Shown: positions 47,553 to 60,100 of the stretch, piece after piece
Layout of the letters: each line of letters begins with the position of its first letter
How positions within the stretch are numbered: the first letter of the stretch is position 1
NCBI GenBank assembly: GCA_002633005.1
Contig: NMRA01000781.1
Location: forward strand, 86,837-150,836
Source of the DNA: Phoronis australis
Taxonomy: Eukaryota; Animalia; Phoronida
Direction of reading: 5' to 3'
Length of the DNA: 64,000 nt
The notes under the pieces: generated by a model
What the model was told of the DNA's origin: nothing
Database searches by the model: none
The model's input: only the letters and a program-made list of their open reading frames with translations
Made by a program: the position numbers and the translations under genes

Positions 47553-49684
47553 CTCTTCTTATACGTGGTTATGTGCACCAAAGTTTGTGAGGACCTTTTC
47601 TTGAACAAAGGATTAAAGCTATGCATTTAGTTAAACTTTTTTGTGGAAACGGTGTTAGTATAACAGGTCATGAATGTTGGTCTTGTATGATGTGTTTTGA
47701 TTATTGATGTGTGGAATGTTCAGTGACACCTGCATTAGATCTTGTTCTTCTCATCGTCAGTTATTGTCTGATTTGGAGACAAATGAGAATATCTCGGCTG
47801 TTATGTTAATTAAGGATGTCCACAATTTTAAAATGTCTGGTTATTCATAAATTTAGACAAAATTCATGTCATGTTTCAATGTCTCAGATTGAAGAGGCAT
47901 TAACCGCACTAGGTGTATGTGAACATGTATAAATACAATACCAAACAGTCATGCATGGATGCTCTTCGTTATTGGTAGGGTTGATGTTACACAAAAGAGA
48001 TTAAAGTCTCCCACTTACTTGGTTGGTTAGTGACGACCTAGTGCCTTATAACAGAAACGACATTAACAGAAATCTAATTAAGATGTGTTTGGCCTTTACT
48101 CAGGGCTTTCCGTTTTCTGTGATTTAAATATATTCGTCAGTTGTACTGTACATTGTCGTAATACAAGTTAAGACAGTTGCACCTCATTTTCATCATGTTT
48201 TACACACTGAATGTTTGTTATTGGTTGGACTTTGAATTGTCTCAACTTCTGGGTGTATGTGGTGGGCTTGTTTTGTTAGTGGATGGGGGAACAAAGATGG
48301 CTGATGGGGGAACAAAGATGGCTGATGGGGGAACAAAGATGGCTGCTAGTGATAGCACATGGACACCCATTTGGGATGGTGGAATTCCCTGATCAAACCC
48401 TGTTTATAGTAGATGACATGCAAGTTCATGCTTCTAGACATTGCTAGTTGATGGCATTTAAGAGTTACCAAAGGAAGCCAGATGTTTATTTTCACTTTGT
48501 CACTCGTTTGCTGGACTAGCATACTCAAGTCAATGATGATACCGTGTCTCTGAGTTTTTGTGCCTGAAGTCACCAAGATTTCATCATGGCCACTTTGCAT
48601 TATGCACTTTTGACAATTTACGTCATGTTATAACAAATTATGCGAAGGCATTTGCCTATATAGTTACTGTATTAACTTTAGTTTCAAGTCTTTTTTAAAC
48701 TGTTACACATGTTGATTTGGTTTCTACAATATATGAACAGCATTGCTTAGACCACTCCGAAATTATAAATTGCCAAATTTAATGAAAGATTACACTAGGC
48801 TAATTGTCTGACAGTCATCTCAAGAATCAAACTGACTTAAACGTCCCCACTCACATTTGCATTCAGTATACTCTTGTGGTACCTGCGGCAGATACTCAGT
48901 TGTTTCTGTCGTACTGGCAAATGTTTAGAACAACTGCTATTGGTGATTCTTTTGTTTTCTTGCAGTGACTTGGTATCCTGCAAAAATGCTACTTCACCAA
49001 TTGACATCGCTGCATTTGAATCGTATTTACTAATGTGTTGCTACAATGTTGCCAGGACTAGCAATACATCCAACTGAATACTTGTTTGCGAAAGGCTCAA
49101 TTTGCTTGAAGCATGACTAGTTGAAAGGACACTAGACCCTTTCCTATTGTGATCGTTTTCAGTTGCCCACCGTGGGTTGTACCTGTGGCTGTAATATCTC
49201 CTCGCAGAGAAAAGATTAATTCGGCACAAAAGTCCTCATGGTGTGACAATGAAAGTGACTTTGTTATTGGTGGTCTTCCCCCACAGCTCGATTAATTCAC
49301 TCTAACTGTGGCTGTTTCCCCTTGATGATGAAGGAGTTAAAATCTTGTTCCAAGTCTGTGATGGATGATAACGTTTACAGAGCACTATTTTGAGTGCAGG
49401 ATTTAATTAATTTACCTATTCCTACTGTAAAAGTTCTCTGTGGCAGGATACAGTCTATAAAATTTGGTACATGGAAATTCAAGCAGAAATTGAATTGTCT
49501 TGATTCTGAAGATTGAACACTGTAGGTTTTGGCATTCATCATTATAATATCTCAAATTTCAGATAATTCATTTTTATATCGACAGAGCCTTAGACTTGGC
49601 AGTACATAAAATCGTCGAAAACGTCTACCAAGAGAACGTAACCTTTTTATGCATCCTTATAGTGTGTAACATCGTAATTCTTGA

Positions 49685-49918
49685 ATTTGGGAAGGCCAGT
49701 ATTGCCTATATCTCAAATTTGGGAAGGCCAGTATTGCCTATATCTCAAATTTGGGAAGGCCAGTATTGCCTATTGTCTCAAATTTGGGAAGGCCGGTATT
49801 GCCTATTGTCTCAAATTTGGGAAGGCCAATATTGCCTATTGTTTCAAATTTGGGAAGGCCAGTATTGCCTATTGTCTCAAATTTGGGAAGGCCAATATTG
49901 CCTATTGTCTCAAATTTG
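49685..49918. repeat. 31-33-bp minisatellite
   Basis: aatttgggaaggccagtattgcctattgtctca x7. Confidence 0.95.
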
Positions 49919-52900
49919 ATACAAGTTCTGACCTTGAGGAAAGTAGCTAATTTTCAAACTGAATAATTTTACCATGATAGTTTGTATCTCTTCATAGACT
50001 CCCCAAACTGGATAATTTTTACCATAGTTTGTATCTGTTCATAGGCTCAAACATGGTTAAGTATTCTTAAATTGATAAAAAAATAGATTTGATAAACATT
50101 TACTGTGTACCTGTCTCCTCACTTCTAAGGTGTGTTAGTATTGTGTTGTAGTGCACTAATTACTTCCTGTCTGTGTTATCAATTGTGAAGATCCCGGTTT
50201 GAATCTTGTTGAAATGCTATCAATACGTTTGACTTGGTGCTTTCTGAATACTGAGTGAAATAAGTTGAGTCAAAAATATTAAAACTGTTGACACTAAAGA
50301 TTCTTGACTAATATTCAAGCATTACTCAGTTAAGTTATAGTTCTGTGATCTTTTATTCATCTTCTTTATTTGATTTATATTCCAGTTATTGTGGTAGGGT
50401 TTTTGTGCTTGTTTTATTGGAAGCTAAATTTTATGTAGCTCCAAACTTATCTGAATTTGAGGCACCTGAGTTTGTTCAACTTGATGTCACATTTACTGAC
50501 ACGAGACCAGAGACTGTGGTATATCCTCAAAATTTAATGGTCTTCCCTGTGGCTGTATTTTTATAGTGAATAATTTGAACTATTCATTATAAAAAGTTAA
50601 AACTTGTTTAGGAATGTTTGCCTTCACTGCCTATTTAGATCACTGGAAAATCATTAAGTTCCTAGGACCATAAATACATTACATTGACATGTGAAGATGA
50701 TTTTCGGAAATGAGCACTCGGGTGTTGATTCAAATCAAGAACCTTCGCATTGGAAACCAATTAACGCTCTGCTGACGAGCTAAATCTAACAATATAAGTT
50801 AACGCTCTGCTGACGAGCTAAATCTAACAATATAAATTGCAAAGTATTTTTAGAATATGTAACTGGTAAAGTCAACATTTATGATATTTCAGCCGTATCT
50901 GCTGGACATCGAAAAGAATTGGCAATTTGTAATAAAACCACAAAATCAATGGATTTTATACCTCTGGTCAAAATCAACTTCAAGTCTAATCCATCCCACA
51001 ATATTCCCACCATTTTTGGCCGTCCCATAAGTGTTCCTTGACATATGGTAGCAGAACCTGTTTTAAGATTTGATAACCAAGTTGGATATCAGTTGTCACA
51101 AAAGTCTCTCACCTGTCAACAACCTTAAGGCTACTAGTAAAGGATGTACAAACTTGCATATTGTAAATTCTCTTCAATTTAGTACACAACATGGTCAACG
51201 AGTGAAATTATATTTTATTTTTTCCTTACACGTAGAGTATCAAATTTAATTATTTTCCATGTTTAAGATTTGTACCCCAACTACCATCAGACAAAGGTTT
51301 GTTGGCATTCACAATCTTGGACAATTTTGAAAAATGTCATTTTGACAATCATTTTTGTCAGAAATTTTACATGAAACAGGGCCTTGATTGATACCGGATT
51401 GTGAGCAAATTTCATGCAGATAACTGGTTTACAAACAGAACTGTACATTGGTGGTGATCTGTTGTCTTGGGATGTATGCAGGGTATTGAAAATGTTCAGT
51501 GGATTAACTCAGAAACTTTCTGGTTAAACTTTACAGATTCAATGGCTGAAAACTGTAAAAGGAACCAATCATATCCAGCACAATCTCTGAACCTAGTGTA
51601 TTGCTCGTGTAAACACTCAGAGATAAGACAGACCTACAGTGGCAAGTAGTTGTTGATCCACTGATTTTATGGGTTTGCATACTACATCAGTTCCCTACCC
51701 TAAAAATTACTACTTGGTCACGTCATAGTGGGAAACATATGAGTACAGATTGTAGTAACACTTAGCTCTTGTTCTACTCTTAAGTGTTGGTCTGTAGACA
51801 CGACCATCCACTTTAGAATGGTTTGGTGATGATTAAATAATTCAACTTGTGGGTGTTGAGCAGTATTTTACTGTTGTGTAATTAACTGTTTGTCAACTGT
51901 TCAATTTTCATTGAGTAATAATAATGTAATTGTGTAAACATGTCATTTCTTCTTCACAACTCATCATTTATGGGTTTAAACTTCTTTAGAAATTGTAATT
52001 TATTTATTAGTCAGTTGAATCTGACTACAGAGGCCTAACAAATTTAGTGTTAACACAGCTTGCATGCAGTTTTATTTGGCGAATACCAGCTCACCTAATG
52101 TGACTTCAGATGGCTGGTGGTGACTTTGACCACAAAACGTCAAATTTTAGTCGTTCAATTCGCCAAACATGACCCCAAGTTCAAAGTTTTTCTGTCACTT
52201 TCTGTTTTGCTACAATTTTATTGGGGGAAGTGTCACTTTAGGTGTGCCGGGGTAACAGTTGTACATCATGTGGACCGTTCACACACAATAGGCCTTTTGA
52301 AATTGTGGTAATACATCAGAAAACAGTTCTTTGCCAACTCTGCTCGTAGTAGTACAACTGTCCCTGTTTGCCTGTGTAAGTAAACAAAGTTTATCAAAGA
52401 GTTTATGGTCCTGGCTGAGAATACAATTGTTTTAGTACGTGCAATGAATTCTGAACAGCCCAGCCTAGAATGGTTAAAATATTACAGATGATTCTCATAA
52501 CAATGAAGGCTTATAACAGTGAGACATACAATGTACACATTTTGAAATAGGATTTTACCTAATGTATGTAATCACTATGTACGTCTGTTTTGGTTGGTTA
52601 ACAACAGATTTCTAACGTCCGTTGATGAAGTTGTAACGACGTTAGATTGACCAGCCAAAGTTTCAGCTATGACTCATGCTGTCACACAAATATTGATTGA
52701 GCTCCCCGTAACGGTAACCATTGATTGATAAAAGGGAAGATGTTGACTATGGAAAGGAAGGGAGCGGCAGGTGGAAAATGATGTCAAGACATTTAAAAGA
52801 ATCCTCAGCAATTATAAAAAATAGCAGAGTGTGTACAGAATTTGTTAGAATATATATAATAAGAGCTCCATCACACATAATTGCCTCCATATCCAAATTT

Positions 52901-54037
52901 TGATTGACTGGAGAATTATTCTAGTCAATTAAACGTCAAGCTGTCTGCCCTCTATAAGAAGCTGGCATATCAGTTATGCACCGAGTTCAAAAGTCCATAG
53001 GTTAAATGGATACCAAACCTAGTTTTGGCCTATTAACCGATATTAAGAATGACGTCCAATTCTCTGAAACAAAATAATGCTATGTAACCCTCGACAACCC
53101 TCAAAGGAGGAAAATTTGAAAACTCATTTCAATGAATGTTAAACAGCCAAGCGTGACCAACACCTTTAGCAAATTGCACAGCAACCCACTAACAACTGTA
53201 ATATCCAATCTGTGACCTAGAAAGTATGGGTCCTTAGTTAATTCTTGATTTTATCTAATTAAAGATTGATGCTAATGGCTGCATCAGCAGGTGACAAAAC
53301 AATAGGTTTTAATCACCAAAACAGGGTTTAGTATGCTTTTAAGAAATGTGTACATTACACGATATGAATTATGGTAAAACTTTACAGGTTTGTCTTTTAT
53401 GCCTGTATAAATTTTAACTTGAGAATTTCACTGAGTAAAAAATAAAGTGTCAACCATAATAATTCTCAGTTAACAAAATACATGTTTCAAGAAACTAAAA
53501 AGCTGCTTCTTAGGATCGACTGCAGTGAAACTTAAGTTTTTTGATTTAACAACCAATATTAAAGGTCACAACAAAACGGTGGTGGTTGATCACCTTTTTG
53601 TTTTTGCGTAAACAGTTTAGTGACAACAAAAGCTTCACTTTTCATGATTATAATTACCCTTCTTCAAATGTGAATCAAACATGAATCGATGAAAACAAGA
53701 CACAGTCAAATTACATTTGCAAGCACACAATTGTTTTGATCATTACGCAGCATTCTCTTTCTCTGAAATTTAAATGAAAGTCCAATTTGAGCAATGAACA
53801 GGAGGGTAGCAAAGTTGCGTTGCAATAAAGTCAAACTGATGTCCAAAAGACAACTTGAGTTCACCAACCCATTATCCAGAGACTACCATTTGAACATGAA
53901 CACCATCATAAAACATCCAAGACCCACACATATCAGAAAAAACCTTTTCGTCTAACAGCATTTCATACATCCAACACCTGACCAAATTGCTCCAGTTTGC
54001 CATAATGATTCAGAATGATGTATTCACTATTAGTGTC

Positions 54038-54153
54038 TCAGTCCATTTTACGTTGAGAGTCTATCTTCCAGGCCCCTAGTAGGTAATGCAGTCTAATCAT
54101 TAGTAGATCTTTACCCATCTGTAACCAGCTCCATACAGGCACCATCTTGGAGC
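54038..54153 (-). CDS. ALG5: ALG5 terminal coding exon
   Basis: ttacag|GC TCC AAG...; [38 protein letters not shown]. Confidence 0.95.
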
Positions 54154-57100
54154 CTGTAACCAAAACAACACAGACAGTTTTTGCATCAATACTGGACATA
54201 CAGCAGGGCATTTCAAGCACAAGAAAATGATATTGCGACGGGAAATGCATTCTTAGAGGATATAGTCATGTACAGGGGTCCCGCATTTTGAGAACCAGTT
54301 TCTCCACTGAATAACAGGCATCAGAACTGGTTCTTAAAATCCAGGACCCCTGTGAGTGAGTATCGCTGATTTCATTTAACACACTGTTCACATCAATACA
54401 AGATTTCCTGCGAAGAACACTTCCACAGCAGGTACACGGTCACCAAAAGAATATGCAATGGCTATGATGGTGGCACAGAGCTGCAACTTACCTTCAATTT
54501 CTTGCCAATTCACAGCTACTTCAGAAATTGGAATTTTTAGAGATTGCGCAATGTATAGTAAATCGACATCAAATGCCCTGAAAGTGGAAAAATATTTTGG
54601 CATTTCAAAACATCAATAATCAGAATACTAAGGAATCGTACACTCCAAAAAGTGTAAAATAATAAAACTAGTAAAACTAAAACACGAGTGTTGGTACTAA
54701 AATATAAAAATATTCCGCACGTTTCGAGCGATGCGCTCTTTATCATGGGTGTGCTACAGACTGCCGAGTACACGTAAATGGATGTAAAATAAAATCACTC
54801 AAGAGACCACATGGTGACATACAATAGACAACGTGAACAATATGAACAATATCAGACATAGCAACTACCAGTGGGGTAGGCCTACGCATTACGAGAGATC
54901 CAGAGACGTACGTAGCTACTGGAGTCTATTCACTACAGACTTGTAGTGAGATAGAACCCCTATGTCTCTGTTTAGGCTTCTGGCGTGAGTGTTGAATTTG
55001 GCGATGAACTCGACCTTGCACTTTCTCCGTGAGTAAATGTCCGGCAGCCCCACCTTTGAATACCAGTACATTGAGGTCACTGCTAGTGTGGCCTGGGAGA
55101 TTGAAATTTTCCCCAATGGGGACCGCCCTGTTGTTGTGCAGAATCGTCTGCCTATGGCCATTCATTCTTGTGCGTAATGGGTTACAGGTCTCCCCGAAAT
55201 ACAAAGCATGGGGACATTTACCACATCTAATGAGATACACAATGCCCACACTCGAGCACAAGAATTTGTCCCTGATCTCATATGAGACACCATCGCGACT
55301 AATGACCGACTCCCCTGATATGTGAGTGCAAGTCGGGCACCTTAGTTTGTCACATGTCACACAGCCAACTTCTAGGTGATCTATGTTTATGAAGATGCTT
55401 CTAACTACCATATTTCTAAGATTGGGAGGCTGCCTATAGACCAGACGGGACCTCCCAGGGAAACCCTAGCTAAGTCGATAACTGCACGGCATTCCAACAC
55501 CTATTTGACTCCAAACAATAGATAACATGCACACCCAACGTGCTTAATGCCAAAAGTAAGATGTGTGGTAAGGAAAATGTAGAATCACTAAGGATACAGA
55601 TATTTTCCATGCTTACGTTTTCCTGCATTTCACTTTTTGTTGTATGTGGTGCAATGTATAGTTGTTTCCAATTTTATAATCTTTACATCTGATAAATTTA
55701 CATAATACAGCATAGCTAACTTTCAATATTTCGTCACTTAACAATAGGCAACTCTATATGCATATTTTCCCCCACAAAACGTTTCTCTAAATTTTACTTG
55801 CACAGATGCCACATTTGAACAATGACTATTTTTTGTGGAACTATTTTTTTCAAGTGCATTGGGTAAGGCTGCCAACAGCCATCGAAACTCTTATACAAAT
55901 GACTGTGTTTACACGGTTCAGTTATCGAATAAGAAATTAGTTTAGAACCAATGTAGAGTGGCGCTAAGGCATGGGAGAAGTCAATGGTTCACATTATGGT
56001 CGATTTGCAACATTTGTCCATTCACAATAATTTGTAGGACTCTAGTCAAACATAACATAGGCCAACAATCTTGTGAATAGCCAAATCAGAGATGAAATAT
56101 CAAAAATGGCAAATCACGTGACTCAAAAACACTCAGTTGAGTCAGGCCGTGTGGACTGGGCTTACAAAATTTTTTAACCACTGCTAACAAAGGACAACAA
56201 TCTAACTAATAATTACACCAATATTACAATTAGTTAGTTTAACACGTACTTTAATATTCAATATCATACCATCTTTCAACATGTAAATTTGTGAACAAGA
56301 CACGTGCAGCTTCACGTGTCATCAACTTGAAACCACACTGAGTATCCTGTACTCCTCGCACACACAGAAACCAAACAAGGAAATGGAACCCATACATGAG
56401 GAATGTTCTGAAGAACGATCGCTGAAATACACAAATGTATAGTTTAGAGGCAGCACATACCAAATTAAACATTATTTGACACTGCTGTAATTTTCTGTAA
56501 CAAATCTTATATTGTATTTAAAATATTACACAAGAATTTCAAATGTTCAGACATTTCAAAACCCTTTTCCCCCATCAAGGATTAATTTTGTAGCATGGAG
56601 TTGGCTGCTAATGATACTTTCAAGGTTAACTCATATCAAAACACTGCTTTTGGGACAGACACGCAGACTATCACAAGAGAAGGGATTTCATTTCACTAAA
56701 TATTGTTACAGGATTGAACTTAATTTCTCATAGGTTAGAAAGCTGTAATTTACATGAAAACTCCTTTCCATTAGCAAACATCATTGTAAAGCCACGTTTG
56801 TTTAATTTGATTTAGTAATCAACCAAGCCTGATATTTAGAGACCAACCAAGACTGATATTTAGTGATCAACCAAGGCTGATATTTAGTGATCAACCAAGG
56901 CTGATATTTAGTGATCAACCAAGGCTGATATTTAGTGATCAACCAAGCCTGATATTTAGAGACCAACCAAGAATGATATTTAGTGATCAACCAAGCATGA
57001 TATTTAGTGATCAACCAAGCCTGATATTTAGTGATCAACCAAGCCTGATATTTAGTGATCAACCAAGGCTGATATTTAGTGATCAACCAAGGCTGATATT

Positions 57101-60100
57101 TAGTGATCAACCAAGNNNNNNNNNNNNNNNNNNNNNNNNNNNNNNNNNNNNNNNNNNNNNNNNNNNNNNNNNNNNNNNNNNNNNNNNNNNNNNNNNNNNN
57201 NNNNNNNNNNNNNNNNNNNNNNNNNNNNNNNNNNNNNNNNNNNNNNNNNNNNNNNNNNNNNNNNNNNNNNNNNNNNNNNNNNNNNNNNNNNNNNNNNNNN
57301 NNNNNNNNNNNNNNNNNNNNNNNNNNNNNNNNNNNNNNTGATATTTAGTGATCAACCAAGCCTGATATTTAGTGATCAACCAAGCCTGATATTTAGTGAT
57401 CAACCAAGCCTGATATTTAGTGATCAACCAAGCCTGATATTTAGTGATCAACCAAGCCTGATAAAAATGTGATGATGCAGCTGAAGAAGTATAAAAACGC
57501 CGGCAATCAAAGTTCTTTCTCACACCAGACCATTGTTTATAGTGCTTGTTACGGTTTATAGTGCTTGTTACGGTTACCTCGGCAACTGCTTGCTCTTCCA
57601 TATGAGCCCTGGAGCCACACACAACAGCCAAATTATTCTGAAAACACAAAGTGCAAATAAACAATGTAAATAAACATGAAATAATACACAACACAAAAAA
57701 TTCTGAACCTCTTTTAAAGTTTTTGACAGATACTTTTAATATCGAGGAACTTGCGACATCAGGAAGTGATGCATAGATCTGACTTTAAAATGAGGAACAC
57801 TCAACCTTGCTGTGGATGATCTTATCAAAGCCCTGTGTCTGCCATAAACCACAAATGACTTGGCATGTCTTAGATTTCACTAAATCAAAACCACTGACTC
57901 GTTTTCTAACAAAGCAATAATTGTACTCATCCCAGAGCAACATGCTTTCATACTGGGATTTTCCGTAGATAAGCCCATGAGCATGTACATGGAAAATTTC
58001 AGACATTTTGGTAACACCATATAAATACCTGGGCATTTATTCGTAAAATGGGGGCGTGTAAACGGAAATTCATGGTTTTGCTGACTTTGACACTTTTTAC
58101 TTAAAACTGTGCTTTTAACCTTTATGTTAATAAATGAATAGTTCGCCAACACCTTGTTCGTTTTGATAAATGATAATTGCTCCACAAAACTGAATTTGTT
58201 ACAAAGAGTTGACGCAGAATGGGCTTTTAAGAGGAAATTTTCTGAATGAACACCCCACTATATGGACCCTTGACACCACAAATTGTAACATCAAATAAAC
58301 ACCCATGGCCATCTATTCAACATAACTTTCCAAATAAACGCCCACGGCATTTCGTCAGGTGGGCTTATCTATGCAAAATCATCATGATGGTAATATTAAG
58401 TTGAACACCAAAAAACGTCCACCTGTTTGAATCAACATTCACATTTAATAATTAAAACATAACATTTTTGAAAGTTTGTTCCTCTGTTTTATTAAAAAAT
58501 TTCACAAATAGGCAGACGTACCTAACTCAAGACAAAGGTGTATCCTAATATATATGACCTAAATGCACACATACACAGAATTATTTTTACACAGTCAAAC
58601 AAGCTGGATTCAAATTTGAGCAAGATTTTTGATTCATTCTAATTCCACATCAGGTGTACAGAAATCTTCTTAATTATTGTGCAAAAGGAACAAAAGTTAG
58701 CCTAAACAGTAACAAGTAAGCAGTAATATTACCCATGCCAAAGGAATCATAAAAAGTAAGTTAATTACATCAGCAGACACTAGCTTCTTTATTGCATCTT
58801 CAAGTTTTTCAATATCACTGAATTTGGTGGCCGCGTCCGCATCAGCGAAAAGACAATGTTGACCGCGGGCACTTAACATTCCCTGAAACATAAAGAAATG
58901 AAGTGTGAAGACCCGATACAGCATGACTAGTAAGAATACAGTACAAGAATTGTCATGAATAAAATATCAAGTTTAAGTGTCTTCAAAAACCACTATACCA
59001 TATTTTGAAAAGTACTACATTGTCAACCACCTCGATGAAATTTCACTTGATAATACTTGCAAGTTTCACGGCAGCAAGGAAAAGCAGAATATCGTTTATC
59101 AGCACCATCAATCAGAGAATTTGCAGGAAATTTATGTCTTACCGGTAAGTAAAAAAACATAAGAGTGCACAATAGATAAAGCAATGTCAATTTTTCTAGC
59201 TGCTTTTAGCTATTGTGTTCAGTAGATAATTTTTAAATATTTATTATCACGTACAGTTTTTAGATTGATTTATTGAAATACATATGGCCATAGGCCCAAA
59301 GCATAACATGTACAAGACAGCACATTGTCAGGTGCGTTACAAACTGGATAATAAATTGTGACGCTTGAGAGTATTATGGACAAATTTTATAAGTAGGATA
59401 TCCGGAGTTCTCATGAGAGATTCACATTTAGATGTTGTGGGAGAATGACAAAACTGATCACTTAAGTACTACTCAACACAAAACTGATCACTTAAGTACT
59501 ACTCAACACAAAACTGATCACTTAAGTACTACACAACACAAAGTGCAATTCATCCACTACACATATTGAACTACATAACTCACACAACCTATTTTCATAG
59601 GGAATATGTGTGGTGACCCCTTTCCACTAGTAATGAATGATTTGAACATCACAATCGAGTCAGAGCCTGGATAAAAACACGTGGGATACTATTTCTAGAT
59701 AATTCTCAAGACAAACATTTTTAATACCTCACATAGTAAGGCAGTTTTGTGTTACAATCGATATCAGATTACCAGCCTTGCAAATAACAGTCACTGACAC
59801 GTTGAGAAAAAACTGTCAAGAAATACGCTTGGTTTACCACACCCTGATTAATCCATACATCTGAAAAACCATGCACACAGACAGAAGTTTCCTTACAAAA
59901 CTTGCCCAATTATAAGAGGATCTTCCGATCAGGTCTGACTGAAAAAGTATATCATATGCTGCCTTTACCCCACGACTACTAGGCATCTCCAGTATTTTGA
60001 TCCAATATTTTATACAGGATACAAGATTTAGTAAACAATGGGAATCAACCACATTATTCCATAATTGCCGAGTTTGAACAACAACTGCCTAATCCTAAAG

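Noticed and set aside
56802-57460. Repeat protein (KYQAWLIT)n and other repeat ORFs (49596-49966, 41270-41584)
   Set aside because: Minisatellite translations without splice or start context.
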